Shown in pieces: positions 22,705 to 33,485 of a stretch of DNA of 64,000 bases. The stretch is from the NCBI GenBank assembly GCA_963752595.1, contig CAVVYZ010000015.1, positions 160,728 to 224,727 on the forward strand. The letters run 5' to 3'. The translations under genes were made by a program, and so were the position numbers. The stretch comes from an uncultured delta proteobacterium. GTDB lineage: Bacteria; Desulfobacterota; Desulfomonilia; UBA1062. Each line of letters begins with the position of its first letter. Position 1 is the first letter of the stretch. The notes below the pieces were generated by a model. That model saw only the letters and a program-made list of their open reading frames with translations, did not search any database and was not told the origin of the DNA.

Positions 22705-23493
22705 TTACTTGCCTCGATAATATGTCATGGCTTGGGGAATCATTTCTCGAAGCTTCCGGATACGGTCCTGATCAGCAGGATGGGTGGAAAGGAAGACAGG
22801 AGGAGATTGTTTGTTTGATTCGTTGAGCATTCTTTCGAAAAACGTCGGGGCCTCTCTCGGGTCATACCCTGCCTTTGCCATCAACATCAGCCCTATCTCA
22901 TCAGCTTCGTACTCATCCCTTCTGCTGAAAGGCAGAGTTACGCCTACCGTACTTGCGAGCCCGTACCCGACATTTACCGCCTGGACAGCCGCCGGGCTCC
23001 TTCCGGCGATGGCAACGTTCAGACCCTGCTGGCCGAGTTGGAGAAGCAATTGCTGGCTCATGCGTTCAGCGCCATGACGGGCAATGGCGTGGGCAATTTC
23101 ATGGGCCATGACAAAAGCAAGCCCTGCCTCGGTCTTTGTATATGGCAAGATGCCTGTATAAATAGCAACCTTGCCGCCGGGCAGTGCAAAGGCATTAGCG
23201 GTTTTATCATTATCAATCACCGTAAATTGCCAGTTGTATTCCGGCTTGTTTGCGACAGCGGCTATCCTTGTCCCGATCCTGTTCACCATTGCGTTGGTTT
23301 GCGGATCTTTTGAAATCTTTTCCTTGGCGAGAGTCTCCTTGTATGCCTGGAGCCCAAGGGAAGCTTCCTCCTGCTCGGAAACGAGTATAAGCTGGCGTCT
23401 TCCCGTAACTGGTGCAGTAGCGCATCCTGATATGATTATTGCGCACAAGAGAAAAAAGAAAAGGTATCGAACAGATAAACAAGCATTCCTCAT
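22705..23493 (-). CDS. M48 family metallopeptidase lipoprotein
   Basis: ISGC lipobox, NAFALPGG, HEIAH, EYEAD, FLSTHP; start uncertain. Confidence 0.93.
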   Translation of the reverse strand: MRNACLSVRYLFFFLLCAIIISGCATAPVTGRRQLILVSEQEEASLGLQAYKETLAKEKISKDPQTNAMVNRIGTRIAAVANKPEYNWQFTVIDNDKTANAFALPGGKVAIYTGILPYTKTEAGLAFVMAHEIAHAIARHGAERMSQQLLLQLGQQGLNVAIAGRSPAAVQAVNVGYGLASTVGVTLPFSRRDEYEADEIGLMLMAKAGYDPREAPTFFERMLNESNKQSPPVFLSTHPADQDRIRKLREMIPQAMTYYRGK

Positions 23494-23828
23494 AAGACTA
23501 ATCTCCTTTATCCGACTCTGTATCAGCTTTGCATGTACATCGACAGACAAATTTATTTAAGAAGAAGCACATAACGAAAAACAACTCCATCATGTTACGG
23601 CAAAACACCTTTCATGATCCGTTAAGGCAAAATATATCGGATGATAATAAAAATTACAAGGCGGCTCATCAGTTTTTATTTCATACGATTTGGTGTTACT
23701 TTTCATTCTAATAAACATGAAAAATATTACACATGAGCCAATTGCCGCACACTATGAGTTTTGCCATTGGCTCTCTTTTATAAATTTTATAATCAGGGTT
23801 TGCATCCATTAGTAAAAAGCATGTACAG

Positions 23829-24518
23829 TCAGGGCATGAACCTATAACCTTTACCGCGGATGCTGATGATGTGCTCGGGCTTGGTGGGGTCTTGCTCAAT
23901 ATAACGCCGGATGCGGGATATAAAAGTATCTACGGTGCGGGTTTCGATGTCCGGGTCGAGCCCCCAGACATTCTTCAAAAGTTCCCCCCTGGTCACAATA
24001 CGCTCCTGGTGGTCGGTGAGGTATTGGATGAGATTTGCTTCATGGGGAGTAATCCGCAATACTTCTCCGTTGCTTCGGGTTATTTCAAGGGTATTGAAAT
24101 CAAGTGTATTTCCCCCGATTTTCAGAGTGTCTCCAGGCTTGTACCACTCATAGCGGTCCAGCATGCGTCTGATCCGGAGGAGAAACTCCTCGAGGTGAAA
24201 GGGCTTGGTGAGATAATCATCCGCACCTGCTTTGAGGCCTTCCACCTTGTCTTCCACACTTGACTTCGCCGTTAAGATGAGCACAGGGAGCTTGGGATCA
24301 TCCTTCCTGATGCGTTTGAGTGCCTCGATACCGTTAATGCCAGGCAACATGAGGTCAAGGACTACGAGATCTATACTGGAGCCCTCAAGGAGGGAAATTC
24401 CTCTTTCTGCACTTGCCGAATGGATAACCTCATATCCTTCAGCCTCGAGGTTGATGTGCAAACCCAAGGCAAGAGCCTGGTCATCCTCGATGATAAGAAT
24501 TCTCCATTTTATGCTCAT
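23829..24518 (-). CDS. OmpR-family response regulator
   Basis: IIEDD, LDLMLP, GADDYLTKPF, wHTH TRTVD..RGKGY. Confidence 0.94.
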   Translation of the reverse strand: MSIKWRILIIEDDQALALGLHINLEAEGYEVIHSASAERGISLLEGSSIDLVVLDLMLPGINGIEALKRIRKDDPKLPVLILTAKSSVEDKVEGLKAGADDYLTKPFHLEEFLLRIRRMLDRYEWYKPGDTLKIGGNTLDFNTLEITRSNGEVLRITPHEANLIQYLTDHQERIVTRGELLKNVWGLDPDIETRTVDTFISRIRRYIEQDPTKPEHIISIRGKGYRFMP

Positions 24519-25444
24519 TTTTTCACTATCGGCAGGCGGATGAGGAACGATGTGCCTGAATTATTCAAGCCGGTGCTAACCTTAATGCTTCCGCCGTGCG
24601 CCTTGATGATCATTTTTACCACGTACAACCCCATACCTGTTCCGGAACCCCACATGGACATAGCCTCGGGCAGCCTCTGGAACAACTTGAAAATATCCCG
24701 ATATTTTTCTTTGGGGATTCCGATTCCTGAATCGGAAAACCTGATATCCGCCCAGTTATTTTCACAAAGCGCCTCTATTTCAACTTTTGGAAGGCTTGTT
24801 GAATAATGGATAGCATTTTCAGCAAGATTGGAAAACACCAAATTCATCGCTTCTTTATCGATTGAGATTGTCATCTCATCGTGAACTTTCATACGAACCT
24901 CCACTTCCTTGAGGAGCACCTTGTGGGTTTTCAAGAACTCGTTCAGGAATTCGGAGATGTTCACTATGGAAAAGACATAGGGTTTTTTTGAATAACTGAG
25001 CCGGGCACCCGCGAGAAAATTATCCACCAGCAGTTGGAGCCTCTGGTTTTCGCCCATCATACCATCGAGGAGTTGGTTCACGGTTTCCGGCGGGAGATCT
25101 CTTTTCTTAATGGTTTCCAGGTAAAGCTGCATGGTGGCAAGGGGGGTTTTAAATGCATGAGTTATGGAAGAGATGAAGTGCATCTGGGTACGCATGAGGG
25201 TGAGTTGTCTCTGGTAGAGGATAAAGAGAATATAGATACCGGCGAGGATGAGCAGAAACAGGACCGATACCTCGATAATAACAATAATATCCCAGGCACC
25301 TATGGGTTTGATCCGTATGGCATTGATTTTGATGTACCAGATAACCCAGATGATGACTATGGAGAGCCAGGCTACCTGGAGTGTGATGAAGGTAATAATG
25401 GCAGGCCATCGTTTGGGATTTTGCATAACAAAAGGTAATACCAT
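24515..25444 (-). CDS. Membrane sensor histidine kinase
   Basis: Two TM helices, THAFKTPL H-box, NLAENA, DSGIG, GTGMGL. Confidence 0.92.
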   Translation of the reverse strand: MVLPFVMQNPKRWPAIITFITLQVAWLSIVIIWVIWYIKINAIRIKPIGAWDIIVIIEVSVLFLLILAGIYILFILYQRQLTLMRTQMHFISSITHAFKTPLATMQLYLETIKKRDLPPETVNQLLDGMMGENQRLQLLVDNFLAGARLSYSKKPYVFSIVNISEFLNEFLKTHKVLLKEVEVRMKVHDEMTISIDKEAMNLVFSNLAENAIHYSTSLPKVEIEALCENNWADIRFSDSGIGIPKEKYRDIFKLFQRLPEAMSMWGSGTGMGLYVVKMIIKAHGGSIKVSTGLNNSGTSFLIRLPIVKK

Positions 25445-25493
25445 TACGTGATTTCTTGTTCCAGGTTTATTTTAGAAATCTGTTCTGCTGCAT

Positions 25494-26807
25494 CTAATCT
25501 GTCATCTCACCTGTCAGGGAGTTGGGATTTGCCCTTATAACCCTTACACGGACCTTTGACCCTACGAGGGAAGGGGGAGCAATAAAGTTGACAATGGCGT
25601 TCTGAGTAGTCCTGCCGTGAACCTGATCAGGGTTGCGCTCACTGATACCATCTACGAGAATCTCATAGATTTTATTGACGCGGATCTGACTGCACTCCAG
25701 GGTGATCTTCCGCTGCATAGCCTGGAGCCTACTGAGGCGGCTCTGCTTTTCCTCACGGGCCACATCATCGTCAAGCTCGGCAGCTTTCGTGCCGGGCCGG
25801 ACTGAGTATCGGAAGGAGTACAGGAGATCGAAACGTACTTCTTTGATAAGGTCAAGTGTATCCTGGTAATCGCTTTCGGATTCGCCCGGAAAACCGACGA
25901 TCACATCAGCACTGAAGGCTATGTCAGGACGGGCTGCCTTCAGTTTATGAACAAGTCCAAGATATGCCTTTCCGGTATACTGCCTGTTCATGAGTCCGAG
26001 GATCTTATCCGATCCGGACTGAAAGGGAAGATGGATATGGCTGCAGAGCTTCTCCAAACCTGCAAAGCAGTCTATGAGGTCTTCACTCATGTCTTTGGGA
26101 TGGGAGGTTGTGAAACGGATGCGCTCGATCCCATCGATCTCGTTTATTCCACGGAGGAGGCAGGAGAAGCTCATGCCTCCTGAATAAGAATTCACATTCT
26201 GGCCGAGGAGAAAGATCTCCTTAACTCCCCGTGAAGCATGCATCCTGATCTCTTCAATAATTCCTTGATGATTCCTGCTGATTTCTTTTCCCCGGACATA
26301 AGGGACAATACAATAGGAGCAGAAGTTATTACATCCCTGCATGATATTGATGTACGCCCGGTGAGAGGGTGTGACGAATTCCGGATTGGGGATTATGTCC
26401 ATGGAAGGAATGCATTCGCTCAGCCGGGTGTCTACCCGGGATTTTTTTTCTCTACGCTTCTCAGAAATAATTTCAGTAATCCGGTGGAGCTGGTGTGTTC
26501 CGAGCACGATGTCAACATGAGGCATACGATCGATGATGTCCTGTCCCTTCTGCTGAGCAATACAGCCGGTAACGGCTATTATCAGGGACGGCTTTCTTCT
26601 TTTATACGGCCTCAGTCTGCCGATATTGCTTAAAGCCTTCTCATACGCCTTCTGCCTAACGGAACAGGTGTTGAGGATGATGAGGTCGGCTTCATTGATA
26701 GCTTCCGTACGTGTCCAGCCATCTGCTGCGAGCAGAGAATACATCTTCTGGCTGTCGAGGTCATTCATCTGACAGCCGTAGGTGAAAATATGCACGCATC
26801 CTTTCAT
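25494..26807 (-). CDS. miaB: tRNA methylthiotransferase MiaB
   Basis: TYGCQMN, NTCSVR, GCNNFCSYC, TSHP, TRAM domain. Confidence 0.95.
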   Translation of the reverse strand: MKGCVHIFTYGCQMNDLDSQKMYSLLAADGWTRTEAINEADLIILNTCSVRQKAYEKALSNIGRLRPYKRRKPSLIIAVTGCIAQQKGQDIIDRMPHVDIVLGTHQLHRITEIISEKRREKKSRVDTRLSECIPSMDIIPNPEFVTPSHRAYINIMQGCNNFCSYCIVPYVRGKEISRNHQGIIEEIRMHASRGVKEIFLLGQNVNSYSGGMSFSCLLRGINEIDGIERIRFTTSHPKDMSEDLIDCFAGLEKLCSHIHLPFQSGSDKILGLMNRQYTGKAYLGLVHKLKAARPDIAFSADVIVGFPGESESDYQDTLDLIKEVRFDLLYSFRYSVRPGTKAAELDDDVAREEKQSRLSRLQAMQRKITLECSQIRVNKIYEILVDGISERNPDQVHGRTTQNAIVNFIAPPSLVGSKVRVRVIRANPNSLTGEMTD

Positions 26808-26939
26808 GGGCCATATCCATATCCTGCCCATGGTATCACGTCAATACCGTGCATCTGTTATTTAAAGGAAAAATTATGTTGCCCGATCATTGAAAAAGCC
26901 GATAAAGAGATTAAATTATACAATTTTTGGAGAAAACAT

Positions 26940-27377
26940 ATGGGAAAAAAAGGATTCAGCCTCATGGAAGTAATGGTAACTGTGGTTATAATAGGCATTC
27001 TCGCTGCAATAGCAATTCCTTCATATACCGGATACGTCACCCGAACAAGGAGGGTTGAGGCGGTAACAGCTCTCCAGGCCGTTGCCCTTTATGAGGAAAA
27101 GGCAAGGGCCGAGAGCGGAAGTTATGTTGCTGAAGACGTTTTAGTGGGCACATATGGCCTTAAGCCTGGCGGCGGCGGGGAATATACTCCTAGTGAGTAT
27201 TATGACATCGAGATAGATGCAGATGCAGATACCTTTACTGCCAGTGCCGAAGGAAAGGCGGGCTCCTCCCAGGCTGGCGATGTAATATTTGGAATCGATC
27301 AGGATGGTACCGGATTAAAATGGGATGGCGCACAATTCGTGCCTGACGCCGAATTGTGGAGGTCGTTGAGAAAATAG
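26940..27377 (+). CDS. Type IV pilin (PilE-like)
   Basis: KKG|FSLMEVMVTVVIIGILAAIAIPSY. Confidence 0.9.
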   Translation: MGKKGFSLMEVMVTVVIIGILAAIAIPSYTGYVTRTRRVEAVTALQAVALYEEKARAESGSYVAEDVLVGTYGLKPGGGGEYTPSEYYDIEIDADADTFTASAEGKAGSSQAGDVIFGIDQDGTGLKWDGAQFVPDAELWRSLRK

Positions 27378-27525
27378 CAGCACATACTGCCGGATTTGTT
27401 TTTCTGTTTTATAAACACAATATTTCTGTCCCGATAAGTGTCTTGTTGAGGTTCTGAACAACTGACTGTGTATAATAAAATGAGGTAGTTTAAGATTTTT
27501 TCACAGCATCCCGATACCAAATAGC

Positions 27526-28023
27526 GTGAACAGTAAAAGATGGCTTTTCCATCTCTATTTTTTTGTCCTGATAGGGGGTTGCACTGCCCAGTCAAATATC
27601 TCTTCCGACCAGATCTGGCCTGAAGATAAGCGCATGGTGCGGCTGGAGCGGGATGTCCAGATATTATGCGACGATCTGGTGAAAAATATAACACCAAACA
27701 GCGTCGCTATTACCTGGTACGACAACCTTCATCCTCATTCCCCGATGCTTTCAGAGGCATATGTAGTATCCATGTTCGAAAGAAGCCTTATCCGCAGGGG
27801 ATTTACCGTGAGCCTGGATGAAGAAGATGCATACTACAAACTCATGCTTGCCATGACTCCTTCACAAAAATCCCTCCTTACTCTGGCATCGCTCACGCAT
27901 GGCGACAAAATGTTCGCAACAAAAGAAGCGCACTTCGTCAACGGCTCGGAGAAATGGAACAAGGCACTCTGTTCCTACCGGTTCAGGACAAAGAACAGGA
28001 TTCCTATAGGGAGCAGACCATGA
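27526..28023 (+). CDS. Hypothetical lipoprotein
   Basis: Lipobox IGGC; overlaps next gene. Confidence 0.6.
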   Translation: MNSKRWLFHLYFFVLIGGCTAQSNISSDQIWPEDKRMVRLERDVQILCDDLVKNITPNSVAITWYDNLHPHSPMLSEAYVVSMFERSLIRRGFTVSLDEEDAYYKLMLAMTPSQKSLLTLASLTHGDKMFATKEAHFVNGSEKWNKALCSYRFRTKNRIPIGSRP

Positions 28024-28562
28024 AACGTAGTGCGGGCCTCATTTTCGGGTTCTTTCTGCTCGGCTGCTCACATATGCCGCTCATCGATCTGAACAGCACA
28101 ACCACAATCGATCAATGTGCGAGCCGACTATCCAAGGGCATCTGTAAAGGTCTCGAGGATTCCTATATGGGTGTAAGCGTACTCGTGAGCGCACCTGTCG
28201 ATGCAGTCACCTTTTCCTCGAATGAATTCGGACTGGCGTTGCAGGAGTTCATGATCGGCGCAATGGCAGAAAGAAACTCAAATATCGTTGATATACAGCT
28301 CAGAAAAGAGCCGTACATAAATTGCAAGGAGGGGCTGATAAGCCTGAGCAGGGATGTAAGCAGGCTTCGCCCCGATATCAAGGCTGAGGTCATTGTCGTA
28401 AGCACATACGTTGTGAGCAAGGAAGATGTGGTCGTGACTGCACGGGCAATCGACTACACGACCAACGATGTCATTGTCTCAGCCACTGCTCATCTAAAAC
28501 GGACTGAACAGATCGATCATCTCTTGAACAGCAGGGAGCAGGTTCAATTATTTGAAAAATAA
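28020..28562 (+). CDS. FlgO-like outer membrane lipoprotein
   Basis: LLGC lipobox; EFGLALQE, LSRD, STY, ARAID. Confidence 0.6.
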   Translation: MKRSAGLIFGFFLLGCSHMPLIDLNSTTTIDQCASRLSKGICKGLEDSYMGVSVLVSAPVDAVTFSSNEFGLALQEFMIGAMAERNSNIVDIQLRKEPYINCKEGLISLSRDVSRLRPDIKAEVIVVSTYVVSKEDVVVTARAIDYTTNDVIVSATAHLKRTEQIDHLLNSREQVQLFEK

Positions 28563-28571
28563 CACAGGGAG

Positions 28572-29138
28572 GTGGAGATGTCCATGGACATCCAAACTAT
28601 CCGGAAGATCACCCTTGTAGGTTTCTGCTTTGTTCTTGCCGGGTGTGCTCTTGTAAAGCCGACGCGAGGGCTTGACGAGGTAACCCCAATAGACTGGGGC
28701 TTAGGTGACTCTTTTGAAAGCGGCATAACGGTTCTGCCTTTTGATGCCCAGGACGAAAAATGGGGTGTCTATGCAGCAAAACAGATGAAGCAGCACCTCC
28801 TTGAAAGCAAGGCATTCCGGAGGGTGATTTATTCCGAGAAGGATACCGGAAATGCCCCTTATGCGTTGAAGGGAGAGCTCGAATACCTGTACTATGGAGG
28901 CACTCATTCACCTTCAAAGGTGTGCGTAAGCATGAGGATCATTGACGTAAAAGACGGGCAAACCCGTTTTATGCGCGTATCAAGGGCATCTTCGGAAAAA
29001 GACGCGTTTCACATGACATGGCTGAGCAGGGTATATGTGCCATCGCCTTATCCGGAAGAGATCCTCAATTCCCTGCTCAAACACATAGCCGAAGATATTG
29101 CCCATCGGACATCGCTACCAGCGAAGAAGTGCCCCTGA
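28572..29138 (+). CDS. Hypothetical lipoprotein (CsgG/TolB-N-like fold by pattern)
   Basis: LAGC lipobox; ITVLPF, MRIIDVKDG. Confidence 0.55.
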   Translation: MEMSMDIQTIRKITLVGFCFVLAGCALVKPTRGLDEVTPIDWGLGDSFESGITVLPFDAQDEKWGVYAAKQMKQHLLESKAFRRVIYSEKDTGNAPYALKGELEYLYYGGTHSPSKVCVSMRIIDVKDGQTRFMRVSRASSEKDAFHMTWLSRVYVPSPYPEEILNSLLKHIAEDIAHRTSLPAKKCP

Positions 29139-30272
29139 GAGGGTCAGGAAATATATCCGGCCTTCTGTGCTGGCTACGACTTTATTAATCTCCTGGCCTT
29201 CTAGTAATGGGGGGGTCCACCAGCTCGATCCGTCCCACCGGTATTTCCCGCACCAGATATATCCGTCAATATCAACGTCGAGAGTATGAGCAACTTCCCC
29301 TGCGGGCGGTTGAGAACCGAGCTCATTTCCATTCTTGCATACCTTGTCTTCCGTAACATGCCATAGGGTTATTGTCTGGTCACTCTCAATATCCTGGGTC
29401 GTTTTATCGTCTCCAACAACCTCCAGGACTGCCCATGATTCACCCGTTGGGTCCGGACTCATACTGAGATCGATGGAAAGTAAGGGATCGAAGCTGTAGA
29501 TTCCCTGGCTTGTAGCAAAATAAATGAGATACTTTCCTCGTACGATGGCATTCGTCTTTTCCGATTTGATGATATTCCATGTTGAGCTTGATGGAAGATA
29601 CCTATGCATACCGGAATCTGAACCTACAAACAATGCATCGGAATCGTACAAAATGTCATGAATAGATACGCAATCAGTGCACCCAATTGTATTTGAATTA
29701 CCTGATGATTGAATCGTGATTTTATTGTCTGCCGAAGAGCCGCCCCAAAGGGTATAGGAAAAGTCACTATAACCTATGAACATGGTACTAAAGGCACCTG
29801 CCCATGAAGTGGACTGATTCGATGTAGAGGTAATATACCAAACCTCTCCATTCTCTGTGGAGATCCATATACCTCCGAGCCGTGATTCGCCCTGTTTTTC
29901 TATGGATAAAACCGTGCCCTCGTCATAGACCGTCTCAAGTTCCCGTGCGCTCACCTGTATACTGAAAACATGAGTTTCGTTTTGGTCCTTTTCATCGGTG
30001 ACCGTACAGTAGACCTTGTATGTACCCAAGGTATCAGGCGTCTTCCAATAGGCAAAGTTATCAGTGGCTTCTCCTGCTTCGAGCACACCGCCTTCCGCCT
30101 GCCATGTATAGTGCAAGGGGAAATTGTCACTTACGCTTAAAACTTGGAAGAGCACCTTCTGGCCTGTTACCGGATTATTATCAGAGACGGTTGCGTCGAC
30201 GATCGAGGGATGCGATGGTGAACAGCCCCATAAGAACCAAGCCGCAATGCAAACAGCAATGAATTTTTTCAA
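29115..30272 (-). CDS. Lipoprotein with Ig-like domain and probable beta-propeller
   Basis: LWGC lipobox; YTW..GTY.V.CTVTD; repeated IW/LFVG/YFAT blades; low GC. Confidence 0.55.
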   Translation of the reverse strand: MKKFIAVCIAAWFLWGCSPSHPSIVDATVSDNNPVTGQKVLFQVLSVSDNFPLHYTWQAEGGVLEAGEATDNFAYWKTPDTLGTYKVYCTVTDEKDQNETHVFSIQVSARELETVYDEGTVLSIEKQGESRLGGIWISTENGEVWYITSTSNQSTSWAGAFSTMFIGYSDFSYTLWGGSSADNKITIQSSGNSNTIGCTDCVSIHDILYDSDALFVGSDSGMHRYLPSSSTWNIIKSEKTNAIVRGKYLIYFATSQGIYSFDPLLSIDLSMSPDPTGESWAVLEVVGDDKTTQDIESDQTITLWHVTEDKVCKNGNELGSQPPAGEVAHTLDVDIDGYIWCGKYRWDGSSWWTPPLLEGQEINKVVASTEGRIYFLTLSGALLRW

Positions 30273-30522
30273 TGGACCCTCCGAAGTCTTTCTCTGCTAC
30301 GTCCTAGCAGATCACCTCGAAACAGGCAAGCCCGCAATGGGCAGGTTGCTTTACCTGCCGAGTTCATATAGAGCTTTGATTGGATGCTCCATATTCGTTG
30401 CCATTTACCCTGCATGCTGTTATGGTAATAAATATGATTTTATCCATCATACGTGCCTGCAAGATTCGTAGGGAAGCCCGTTCTCATGAGATTGCACAGC
30501 CATACTCTTAAGAGGTGATTCA

Positions 30523-32178
30523 ATGATATTGGGTATAGACGTGGGCGGCACTCACACGGATGCCGTATGCATCGACCGGGGGAAAATCATAGCGACGGCA
30601 AAGTCACTGACCGGACACGATCTGGTACAATCGATCCACAAGGTCATAGATGCACTTGATATAGAATACAAGAATATCAGGCGGACGATCCTTTCCACAA
30701 CGCTCTCTACAAACTCGATCATCGAGAAAACCTTTGAGCCCACGGGCATGATCGTTTCCGCCGGCCCGGGAATCCATCCCGGTAACTACTTTCTCACCGA
30801 GGACTTCCATCTCGTAGCAGGGGCCGTTGACCATCGCGGCAGGGAGTATATCCCCATCAGTAGGGATGAGATCATCAACGCAGCCCGGACGCTAAAAAGC
30901 AAAGGGATTGCGGGCGTGGGCATTGTTTCGAAATTCTCCGTGAGAAACCCTGCCCATGAGATGAATATATATTCCCTCGTTGAAAAAGATTTTGAGCATG
31001 TTTCGATGGGGCATTCTCTGAGCGGCCACCTGAACTTTCCCAGGCGTATCTACACCACCTATTTCAACACCGCCGTGATGCCGGTGCAGAGACGCTTCGT
31101 CCATTCCGTAAGCCGGGCTCTGGCCGAGCTTGGTATTCATTCGCAGCTGCTCTTCCTCAAGGCTGACGGCGGCACGTATTCTGAATCAGCTGCAGATAAA
31201 TGCCCGGTAGAGACCATCCTGTCAGGGCCGGCAGCAAGCATGATGGGCGGGCTTGCCTTGTGCAGCGATCCGGGTACAACGACACTGGTCATGGATATCG
31301 GCGGGACAACCACGGATATCGGAGTTCTCATCAACGGCGTTCCCATTCTGGAGCCAAAGGGCGTAAGCATCGGAGGGCTTAAGACCCTGGTTCGGGGATT
31401 AAAAGTCGTATCAGTAGGGGCAGGGGGGGATTCTTGCGTTATGCTCAAGGGCCGGGAAATACTGGTGGGGCCCCACCGTCAGGGACCGGCTGCCTGCATC
31501 GGCGGGCCATCTCCAACGCCCATGGACGCCTTGGCAGTGCTCGGAGAGTTCACCCAGGGAGACAGGCTGAAAGCCTGCAATGCCATTACCCCCATTGCCC
31601 TTGCCCTGGGGAGAGACATCAATGACGTATCGAAAGAGATTATTTCTCTCATGATCAGGAACATCAAAGAGAGTGCAATAGATTTTCTCAACGAGGTGAA
31701 CAGGTATCCGGTATACACCATCTACGAGATGCTTCACCCGGAGTTCGTCGAACCGAAGCAGATCATGGCCATCGGTGGTCCTGCAATGCTGTTGAAGCCG
31801 TTCATCGAGGATGCCTTCCGTATGAAGTGCGTCGTGCCCGACCATTCCACGGTTGCAAACGCCCTGGGCGCAGCCCTTGCCAGAACCACCACACAAATCA
31901 CCCTGATGGCGGATACGCAGCTGGGAAAACTTATCTGTCCGGAATTAGGCCTTGAGGAAGACGCACCATCGTCCCTGACCATGGAGAGTCTGAAGAGCCA
32001 GGGAATAGCTGCCTTGAAAAGGCATATCGCTTCCCAGGGGCTGAGTGATATTATCGAGGTCAGCGTTCTCGAAGAGCAGGTCTTCAACATCGTACGGGGG
32101 TTCAGCACAGCCGGGAAGAACTTGAGGCTGAAGCTCCAGACAAAGCCGGGCATTCTGGACGAATGGAGTGCACAATGA
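30523..32178 (+). CDS. Hydantoinase A / oxoprolinase family ATP-dependent protein
   Basis: GIDVGGTHTD, LSTTLSTN, SGPAAS, DIGGTTTD, GAGGDS, ANALGAA. Confidence 0.9.
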   Translation: MILGIDVGGTHTDAVCIDRGKIIATAKSLTGHDLVQSIHKVIDALDIEYKNIRRTILSTTLSTNSIIEKTFEPTGMIVSAGPGIHPGNYFLTEDFHLVAGAVDHRGREYIPISRDEIINAARTLKSKGIAGVGIVSKFSVRNPAHEMNIYSLVEKDFEHVSMGHSLSGHLNFPRRIYTTYFNTAVMPVQRRFVHSVSRALAELGIHSQLLFLKADGGTYSESAADKCPVETILSGPAASMMGGLALCSDPGTTTLVMDIGGTTTDIGVLINGVPILEPKGVSIGGLKTLVRGLKVVSVGAGGDSCVMLKGREILVGPHRQGPAACIGGPSPTPMDALAVLGEFTQGDRLKACNAITPIALALGRDINDVSKEIISLMIRNIKESAIDFLNEVNRYPVYTIYEMLHPEFVEPKQIMAIGGPAMLLKPFIEDAFRMKCVVPDHSTVANALGAALARTTTQITLMADTQLGKLICPELGLEEDAPSSLTMESLKSQGIAALKRHIASQGLSDIIEVSVLEEQVFNIVRGFSTAGKNLRLKLQTKPGILDEWSAQ

Positions 32179-33485
32179 TAACAGCTAAAAGAAAGACCGG
32201 CCTGATTTTTTTCCCTGCCTATGATTGGGAGATCAGCCCGACTCATCCCGAGAGACAGGAAAGGCTCCTCTATACGCAGGACCAGGTGATGGAAGAGGGC
32301 GTGCTCGATATCGAGGGCATCAGGGAGTTCAAGGCCGGGTTTGCAACCGGGAAGGACATCAGCCGGCCGCATTTCTGCGTTCCGGACGTCGATTCCCGCA
32401 TAACCCTCTCACACAGTATCTCTGCCGGAGGCTGCATCGAGGCCGCCCGGCTCGTCCTGGAGGGCACGGTGGACAACGCCTTCGCCCTCGTGAGGCCGCC
32501 CGGGCATCATGCCATGAGGGTGGTTCAGGGGGCCAGGGGTTTCTGCAACATCAACATCGAAGCGGTTATGATCGAATGGGTTCGAAAGCACTACCCCCAC
32601 ATCAAAAAGATCGCGGTGATCGATACGGACTGCCACCATGGGGATGGAACCCAGGACATCTACTGGCATGATCCCAACGTCCTCTACATTTCCCTGCATC
32701 AGGACGGCAGGACTCTCTATCCGGGCTCAGGGTTCCCTGAGGAATTCGGGGGCCCGAACGCCCTGGGAAAAACCTTGAACGTTCCGCTACCTCCCAGGAC
32801 AAGCGATGAAGGGATTCTGTACGTTATCGAGCATTTCGTGATGCCTGTGCTCAGGGAATTCGGGCCGGACCTCGTAATCAATTCCGCCGGGCAGGACAAT
32901 CACTACTCAGATCCTATCACCAATATGGCTTTCACTGCAGGAGGATACGCCAGGCTCAATGAGATCCTTTCGCCGGATATCTGCGTGCTGGAAGGCGGCT
33001 ACTCCATCGAGGCGGCTTTGCCGTACGTGAATACGGGAATCATCCTTGCCCTGGCAGGCGTGGATTATTCCTATGTCCGTGAGCCTGACCTGAATCCGGC
33101 GCGAATCAAGGAAGACCCGAGGATTATCGAATATATCCAACAGCTCGTGGACAAGCTCCTGGATATGTGGAGCAGAAGAGGCGCGTCCGAGGTTCCGGAC
33201 AAGGGTTTCTTCGAGAGAAACCGCAGCTTGTTCTACGATACGGACAGCATCTCAGAGAATCAGAGAGAGGTCTTACGGGTCTGCAGGCAATGTCCGGGGG
33301 TATTCAAGATAGACTCCCACGCAACGACCGGATACCACATACTGGGGATACATATGCCATGGGGGGCATGTCCGGCCTGCAGGGAGCAGGGGCTCGCGTG
33401 GTTTGAGAAGCCGGGCAGGGAAAATTTCTACGCAGTCTATCTCCAGGATATGGACCGGGATGAATACACCGTAAAGCTCACATGA
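32163..33485 (+). CDS. Histone deacetylase family amidohydrolase with Cys-rich C-terminal extension
   Basis: HPE, RPPGHHA, GFC, DCHHGDGTQD, SAGQD, LEGGY. Confidence 0.92.
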   Translation: MECTMITAKRKTGLIFFPAYDWEISPTHPERQERLLYTQDQVMEEGVLDIEGIREFKAGFATGKDISRPHFCVPDVDSRITLSHSISAGGCIEAARLVLEGTVDNAFALVRPPGHHAMRVVQGARGFCNINIEAVMIEWVRKHYPHIKKIAVIDTDCHHGDGTQDIYWHDPNVLYISLHQDGRTLYPGSGFPEEFGGPNALGKTLNVPLPPRTSDEGILYVIEHFVMPVLREFGPDLVINSAGQDNHYSDPITNMAFTAGGYARLNEILSPDICVLEGGYSIEAALPYVNTGIILALAGVDYSYVREPDLNPARIKEDPRIIEYIQQLVDKLLDMWSRRGASEVPDKGFFERNRSLFYDTDSISENQREVLRVCRQCPGVFKIDSHATTGYHILGIHMPWGACPACREQGLAWFEKPGRENFYAVYLQDMDRDEYTVKLT

